NCBI RefSeq assembly: GCF_009914755.1
Contig: NC_060932.1
From: the human T2T-CHM13v2.0 reference genome, Homo sapiens
DNA length: 64,000 nt
Direction: 5' to 3' (one strand)
The notes beneath the pieces were generated by a model, which was given only the letters and a program-made list of their open reading frames with translations, had not been told where the DNA came from and did not search any database. The position numbers and the translations under genes are program-made. Shown piece after piece: positions 56,731-64,000 of this stretch. The stretch's first letter is position 1; every line of letters begins with the position of its first letter.

Positions 56731-58082
56731 AATCACTTTAAGATGGACTTTCTATCAACTGACAAACATGTGAAGACTTCTGTCTAATATCATATGATTA
56801 TCTCTTAAAATAGCCCTCTGGCATTATATAGATACTGTCATTCTCATTCTCATTTTATGGATCTTAAAGTTGAGAAAGTGAGAATTTTAATAAATTCTGA
56901 AAATCGTACAATTGATAAGAAACAAAACCAATTTATACCTGATTGTAAGCTTAGTGTCTGGATTTTTAAGCATTCTGCAATACTGACTCTGCAGATTTAG
57001 ACCCAATTCCATTTTACACATTGTGTTGTACGCCAACAACTGTGATGTAGTGCAAGGATGCTATAATAGTTCTTTATATGAACAGAAATGAGACCAAAGA
57101 GGAAGCAGTCATTAACCATTTGCTTTATGTTACCCTATAGGTATTGGAATACTGATAGATCTGTCTTTCTCACAGAGTAATTTTAAGGAAACAGTAGCAT
57201 AAGCAAGATTAAGTTTAAAAGTCCACTAAATGATATAGTGAAGCAGAAAATCTTTCGCCTCAGTCAGGAGACATGAATTTGAGCTCTTAATTTATTCTAA
57301 ACATATCTACACGTTTCTGGTCACTGTTTTTCTTATTCATAGGAAAGGAACTTCAACTAGTTTTTCTCCCAGATCTAACTTTGGAACTCTGTGGCTCTTT
57401 GGCACGTTTCTATCAGCTAGAGCTCTGCTCCCTGCACTTGTGAGTGTGTGGTGGTGAGAGGCCTGATGGTGATCACACTTGCAGCCTTTCTTATCCCTGT
57501 GCCTTCAAACTGACCTGTGGTTTGATCACTGGTGTGCAAAATGTTGCAGAATTTCACCTCCAAAACAGTTGCATTTCAGAGGGCAACCCTATAATAGCAG
57601 GTGAGAAATAGATGAAATGGTGAAATAGCATAGTTATCAAATGCTGTGACCAGAGAAAAAGCAGAACAGCTTAAAAAATCAGCCAATCAAACGTTGCTGC
57701 TAATTCCAAGTTTTCCATAAATGATTAAGAGGTAGGTTATTGCTCTGCCTGCCATCACAAATTCCTTAATTATATTATGTTCCTTGGCAGTGCCTGGCAC
57801 AGGCTTGGGAGTTTTCAAAATTCTCATTTAAATAATTCATAACTATCAACAATTCAAGATGTATCAGTAAGAGGAAACAAACAAAAATCTCACATGAGCA
57901 AGTATTCACACGGTAGATGAAAGGCTAAAACATGGAATACCCATGAGAGATCTTCTTATATTATTTAAACTATGAGCTCAATAATCTACTTGGCTTAGGG
58001 AGGACATGTCTCTATGATACCTAATTCCATAAACATGTGGAGATTTGCTGTGACAGAGGAGAGTGAAAAAGATACATCTCCC

Positions 58083-58109
58083 TGTGTGTGTGTGTGTGTG
58101 TGTGTGTGT
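58083..58109. repeat. (TG)n microsatellite
   Basis: Direct reading. Confidence 0.95.
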
Positions 58110-58129
58110 ATACACATGTGTGTACTCAT

Positions 58130-58700
58130 TCAGTTGTCAGAATGGCAATTTATTAAAATAATCCACCCAGTATTGGTGATAATATAGTGAGACAACCTCT
58201 TTCTCCATCCTGAATATTACTGGTGAGTGTAGAAATGACTGTTGAATGAGTAAAATATTAAATTAGTGAACTCAGATTCGACAATTTAAACTCTAGAATT
58301 TATCCTATACAAAAAGAACTCATGTACAAATATATAATTTTAAGGTTTATCACAGCAAGTTTTATAAAAGATAAAATCACAAATAACTAAGTTATTAAAA
58401 AGGGGATTATGGAAATGAAACAAAAAACATATTAATACAACAAACTGCTATGTAATAATTAAAACAATGACTGGTAATGATTTACATCCACTGTCATGCA
58501 ATTCTTACTCATAATATATTGTGTGTGATATGGCTTAAAAACGCTAACCCATGAACTCCTACTCTATATATGTTCACAGAAAATATTAGGTGAAATGAAA
58601 TACGGTGTAATGAATGGCTACCTCAAGACAATTACTACTTACTTTACTGCCTACTATATTTTACATTTCCCAAATCTTATTATCAACACTTCAAAGAACA
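58130..58700 (+). mobile_element. L1ME-type 3' fragment
   Basis: cagaatggcaa...cagtattggtga...ctctagaatttatccta...gtttatcacagca. Confidence 0.55.
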
Positions 58701-59619
58701 TATGTTAAACCATGATAGGTAATTGAAGTTGCACTTTCCTTTGTATGTTTCTAGTTCTTTCACTGATCCTGGAGGAGGAAGAGGAAAAAATGGTGCTGAA
58801 GAAAGTATTTGAATTTATTTTTAAGTTTATTTTCATTAACTCTTATCTTTTCTCTTTCGCCACTTAAAGCAACTCCTCATCCACTTCAGGCCCCAAATAG
58901 CCATCTCCCTGTACCAGGAATTTAGGGAAGAAAGAGCTTTCAATTCAATCCCAATAATGTCCTCAGGAAGTTCACTGTTTTGTCGTGTAAAATAAGAAAA
59001 GTTCATACAATATTAATTGAAAGGTAGAACGTAAAAAATGGGCTTGTTCAAAGGAGAGAGGCATTGTTTCTAGCTGAGGTAAACCAGGGAAGTCTTGAGA
59101 GCTGAAGAGTCATTCAGTAGACCAGAAAGATAGAATAGGAATTAGATCTTAAATGATTAAAGGAGAATATTCAAGGCAAAATGATAAATAAAGGCCATTC
59201 TGCATGGGCAATGACTGAGTCATAGTGAATAAATAGGAATTGTGGGATGAATATCTGAATAAACATATTGGATCAGATTGAAAAGTTCTAGAGGTCATTT
59301 AAAAATATTTAGGGCCTTATTCTACCATCAATATGGGTTTTTTGAAGGCTTTTAATGGAGAAGGGTGTATTATTGTCAAATTCACAATTTATAAGTTTTC
59401 ATAGTTTGGTGTAGTGATTTTAAATCAAACTTAATCTTTTTATCATTATTAGTTCCTCTATCCATCTACTCATGTCCTGAGCATTTGAGCTCCTTCCATA
59501 TGCAAGGCAAGATGCTCTGAGGTCAAATAATACCACTAGGATATTTGTGGTGTCACCAGAGATGAAAGTATCACACAGAAGGTCAGACATCAGCCGGTTT
59601 CGTGGACAGACATCACAGT

Positions 59620-59810
59620 CTCTGAATAGTGTGGTGAAAGACATGAGCTTTGGGGTAAACCAGGCCAAAGGATGAGTCCCAGAAGGAGCAGGTCCCTCCA
59701 TATCCTGAACTTTAGTTTCCTTTTTTATTGAACCAAGGTTCGTATACATGCCATAAACTCACAAGAAGGTTACAATGAGATACTGCAAAACCAGGTGCTT
59801 CACACATGTT
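59620..59810 (+). mobile_element. MIR SINE
   Basis: atagtgtggtgaaagacatgagctttgggg...ctttagtttcct...gaaggttacaatgagata. Confidence 0.55.
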
Positions 59811-61149
59811 AACTCTCTCTCCGCCTTCACTTTTCTCACCTTTTAGTTTATATCTAAGTAATGGAGAAAAAAAGCAATGTTGCTTTAGTGCTGCTAATTG
59901 GATACACACAGTAGATGATTTTTTCTTTATATTTAATATGTTTCCAAACTCTAGAGTCAAGTATACAACTGTCTAACAGACATGTCTATCTCGCTATTTC
60001 TTAACATACTCAAACTAAGTATGTCCCAGACTGCCAGAGTGTACCACCAGTCTCTGTCCATAACTGTCCATACCCAGACACGTGAGTAAAAAAACTTTAG
60101 TCTCATCTTCAAAATTCTTCTTCCTCTCAAATGTGATGCTCATTCCTAGGTCTTTAATTTGCACTTTTATTGTCTCTCTGGATGACAAGATTGTAATTTC
60201 AATTATCTCCAACTTCCTGCACAGTATCTGGCATAAAAGGTACATTCAAGTTTGTTCATTTGAATAAACTTTTGGTTTTCAAAGCTCAGTATAGGAAATA
60301 CTTGTAGACTAACCACAAAGAAAATAAATTATGGTTTGTTGCTTGTCTCCAAAGAGAGAAAGTCAGACTGATGGAGATATATTCAGAGAAAGAGGCTAAA
60401 GAAACCATTTATTTCACTCAAGGGTGAGGTTTACAACAAGTCATAAAATAGGTAATGTTCCTTTACATCTCCAATGAATGATTTGAAGAGAGCTAACTAC
60501 ATAGACAGTGTGGTTTTTCTCCCAATAGGGATTACATAGAGATTATAATGAATTATTTAATTCCAGTAATTCAACCTTAAAGCAGATCCAGTCACTTTTC
60601 CCTTAACAGTGTAATTAATGCTCCAGGAAGTATATTTCCCTGGATGTTACTAAAGATTTTACTGTACTAAAACTGGAGAATAGAAATGAGCAATTTGGAA
60701 TGCTCTAGAATGTCAAAGGACTTTTTGGGTACATTTTAGATAGATCAGCCCTAAAAATGTCTCTCTCTGTTTCCATAGTGACTACAGAGGACAGAAATAA
60801 GGTTTTGTTGAACTGGTCTACATAGCTCGGCTCTAGTACCTATGGTTTTAGTGTTTCTTCAGGATTCTATACATTAAAAGAGGAGGCAGAACATTGGAGG
60901 ACTATAAAGGTGGGCATTATCATGACAGTTTATTGATCCTTTCTTCCAACTGTTACCAGATGAGATTCTGTGATACAACACACAGGGTGAAAATTACTGG
61001 AAATGCACACAAGGAAGCAGTTGAATTACAGGAGAGCAGGGCAAGAATCCCAAACCCAGACTTGAAACCATGGGGGTGTGAGAAAGGAGCTGAAGATGAG
61101 AAGATACTGTACATCAATGAGATTTTGTTCATACTGACCTTTCCCCAGA

Positions 61150-62332
61150 GCTGAGCTCTCAGTGCCCTTATTTTCCTGTACTCTCTTTTTTGGTGACCTC
61201 ACTCTTTCTCATGTTTTTAAACACATGCTTATGTTCACAATTCTGATGTTTATATCTCCAGTTGAAACCTTTCACTGAATTTCAAAATCTCATGCCCAGG
61301 TTTCTGCCCAATTCCTCTGCTTAGACATATCTCACCAGCATATTAAACTTAATTTCAACACTGATCTCCTAAGAGAGTCTTGTCTTAAAGCGTCATCTTC
61401 CCTTAATAACTGCTCTTCCCGTCTTATTTAAAACAAGAAAATAGTACCATGTTTGGTCCATGTCGTCAAGCTATAAAACTGATAATCATCATTAACATCC
61501 TTCCTTTTGCACCCCCATATCCAAACTTTACTTCCCTTTGTTGATTCTACCTCCAAAATGTCTTGAATCTTTCCACTTATCTCTACAACAACTGCCCCTC
61601 ACTTACTCCAACTTGTCATTAGCTCTAACCTTGATCACTCCAATATCTCACTTTTTTCTATATTATCACTTTCATCCTCTTATAATCAATACTACGCACA
61701 GCAACATAAATAATATTGTAAAGAATCAATCCTTTTATACCAAGCCCAAGCTTAAGTTTGTTCAAGGGTTAAATAAACATGTTTTCACTTAAGCTAAATT
61801 CCAAAATCCCTATGTGACCCTTATGGCCCATATAGCCTGTCTTTTGCCTACTTTTCCAATTACACATTATTCAGCTCTCCCAGTATAATTCAGCAAAAGC
61901 GCCTTTATTTTTCACCAATCTCTTTCTCATTTTAATGGCTCTGGTGTTTTCTTTACCTAATATTCTCCTCTCCAATTATCTGTAAATCTGGCTCCTTTTC
62001 ATACATTGCATCTCACCTTATACATCATCTACTGCAAGAAGTTGGCCATGACCACCATGAGTAGGCAGGCATTCAGCATTAGGAATTATCTCTCCCATGT
62101 GTTTCCTTCATCACGTTTATCACAAGGTACATGATTACTTCATTTTTCTTTATTGTCCCTCATCCCCAGTAAACTGCAAGCTCCATAACGGAAGATGTGT
62201 GGATATACATACAGTATACATTTACCGAGGTGAATAACTTGCAGAGACTCTGTCACATAGTAGGCACTGAGCACATATGTGAACAACAACTCATGGACAT
62301 AATGAATGAATGAATGAATGAATGAATGAATG
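61150..62332 (+). mobile_element. L2 LINE 3' portion ending in (ATGA)n
   Basis: tttatatctccag (RT region), ctacctccaaaatgtcttgaatc, actgcaagctccat, gtcacatagtaggcact, terminal tgaatgaatgaa repeats; a shorter L2 piece lies at ~59930-60270. Confidence 0.75.
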
Positions 62333-63829
62333 TCTTGCATTGATCTAGAAAGCTAGCTGCTCTTAAAAATATAAAGCCTTTATTCAATCAAATTTTACTG
62401 TATGCTTGTATTTAGGCCAGTGTGGGTGTTCCAGGTCATGAACTGCTGCTAGGATACTTTTCTTCACCAAGGACTAAGTCTCTTCTATCTCACGCCTTCC
62501 CCAATTTTAGATTCCCAGAATTGTCTCCATTCAACCTCTGGATGGAAACAGAGAGATCAATGTGAGAGATCACTATAGGGCAGACCTGGAAATGCATCCT
62601 GACTGCTCACCTTCCTCTGGACATGCCTGTCACATGACCCACCTCGTGACCCTACCTAACTGCATGTGGGGCTGGGAGATGTAGTCAAGCTCTGTATCTG
62701 GAAGGTAAAGAGAAGAGTTGGGTCAAAAATCTGACCATCTTCGACATAAAAATTTTAATTTCAGGGTGTGAAACCCTATGCTGCACCTTGATGTTTTTCT
62801 ACAATTTCAAATCTATAGTTCATCAATCTCATGTGAACTCATGGTGTAAGCTAAAACTATTAGTCAATTATTTGGACATGTTTTCTACATATTTTCCAAC
62901 ATTGATCTTATTTTAAAATGTGTGTGCATAAGGGAGTGATTAAGTATCCAAAGTTGAGTTGGAAGAATGAATACTTTCTATTTATCCTTTAAGTTATATG
63001 CTTCAAGGCACGTAGTAAATGAGGAGAATTCCACAGCTCCCAACTTTGATTTGGGGAAGTCACTGGCTGCCTATTATGTAAGCCCCTAAGTGCAAAGTTC
63101 TCCCACATGCAAACATTTCTGATAATAACTTCAGATAATATCCTATGATAAAAAAAACCCTGACATCTGAGGAGGCAGTGGACAAGTGATTCTTTTTTTT
63201 TGTTCTTCTGGCAAGGACAACTCTGAGCACTATAATTATAATTGAGACTTCCCCTTAACAAAATCCACAAGCAATGAGAGTAATGAAAAGACACTAGGGA
63301 AGGAAAGATAATGAAAGAGCCCACACACAAAGCTCAGAGAATGTCCTTGGCAAAAGAATGTGAGTAGGAGATTAAGAAGTGCTTGAGAACAAAATAAAAA
63401 GGTAATACAATTAATTCTATGCTGGGGCAGCTGTTTTTGCTATTAAGAAAATTGAAGAAGATGTACTTAGCCCTTGGAATAGCACTTCAAATGTATGAGA
63501 GGAAAGACCCTGAGGGAGCTGAAGGCTCCATGCACTCAATTTTCAATACATGAGTGAGCACATGAATGAAGCAAGAGCCAGGGATGAGGCAGGCATGCTG
63601 TGCCAGCTAGTTCTTCAGGGTCCTTTAATGTTTCAGGATGCTCTGGAATATGGTCAACATAGTGGTGAGAACAGGGTGCAGACACTGTAAGTATGGGAGG
63701 ATCAAAGGATCGATATCCTCAAAAAGGCCCCCTCAGTGAAGTCATATAGCAATGTTCTATTTTCACCTGGAGTGGTGTTAAGCCCAAGACTGAGATAAGG
63801 GTGATGGCACTAAAGCAGGACCTAGAATG

Positions 63830-63935
63830 TGGTTACCAGATGAAATAAAGGACACAATTTAAATGTGAATTTCAGATAAACAATATTTTTTACTGTCTCC
63901 AACATTTTATGAATCATCCTAGTACTAAAAATATC
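63830..63935. mobile_element. MER53-like hAT DNA transposon fragment
   Basis: ggttaccagatgaaataaaggacac...ttaaatgtgaatttcagataaacaa. Confidence 0.65.
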
Positions 63936-63998
63936 TATGTATGCATATATGTGTGTGGGGGTGTGTGTGTGTGTGTATATACACGCATATATATACAC
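63936..63998. repeat. (TG/TA)n simple repeat
   Basis: Direct reading. Confidence 0.85.
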
Positions 63999-64000
63999 TT

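Overview
AT-rich, repeat-dominated primate genomic DNA. AluY, LTR12C and an L1PA2-like insert point to human or another hominoid. The window looks intergenic or deep intronic. I find no supportable protein-coding gene, rRNA, tRNA or CRISPR array: the ORFs I can assign are decayed L1 ORF2, Alu, LTR or simple-repeat translations plus an ERV9-type env remnant, and the rest look like chance ORFs. The content is layered transposon history: old L1M/L2/MIR/MLT elements interrupted by younger MER75, MaLR, L1PA, Alu and LTR12 insertions. The best observations are structural: (i) an ERV9 provirus collapsed by a large internal deletion that spares only about 8 bp of its 5' LTR, beside a 17-bp duplicated segment; (ii) two convergent LTR12 promoters; (iii) a 94-bp young L1 with a perfect 16-bp target-site duplication (TSD); (iv) two 5'-inverted L1s; (v) a duplicated MLT2A LTR end; (vi) a complete LTR-internal-LTR MaLR element. 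I cannot support a new biological system here. Subfamily names come from my recall of consensus sequences and need Dfam/RepeatMasker confirmation. Boundaries of old elements are approximate.
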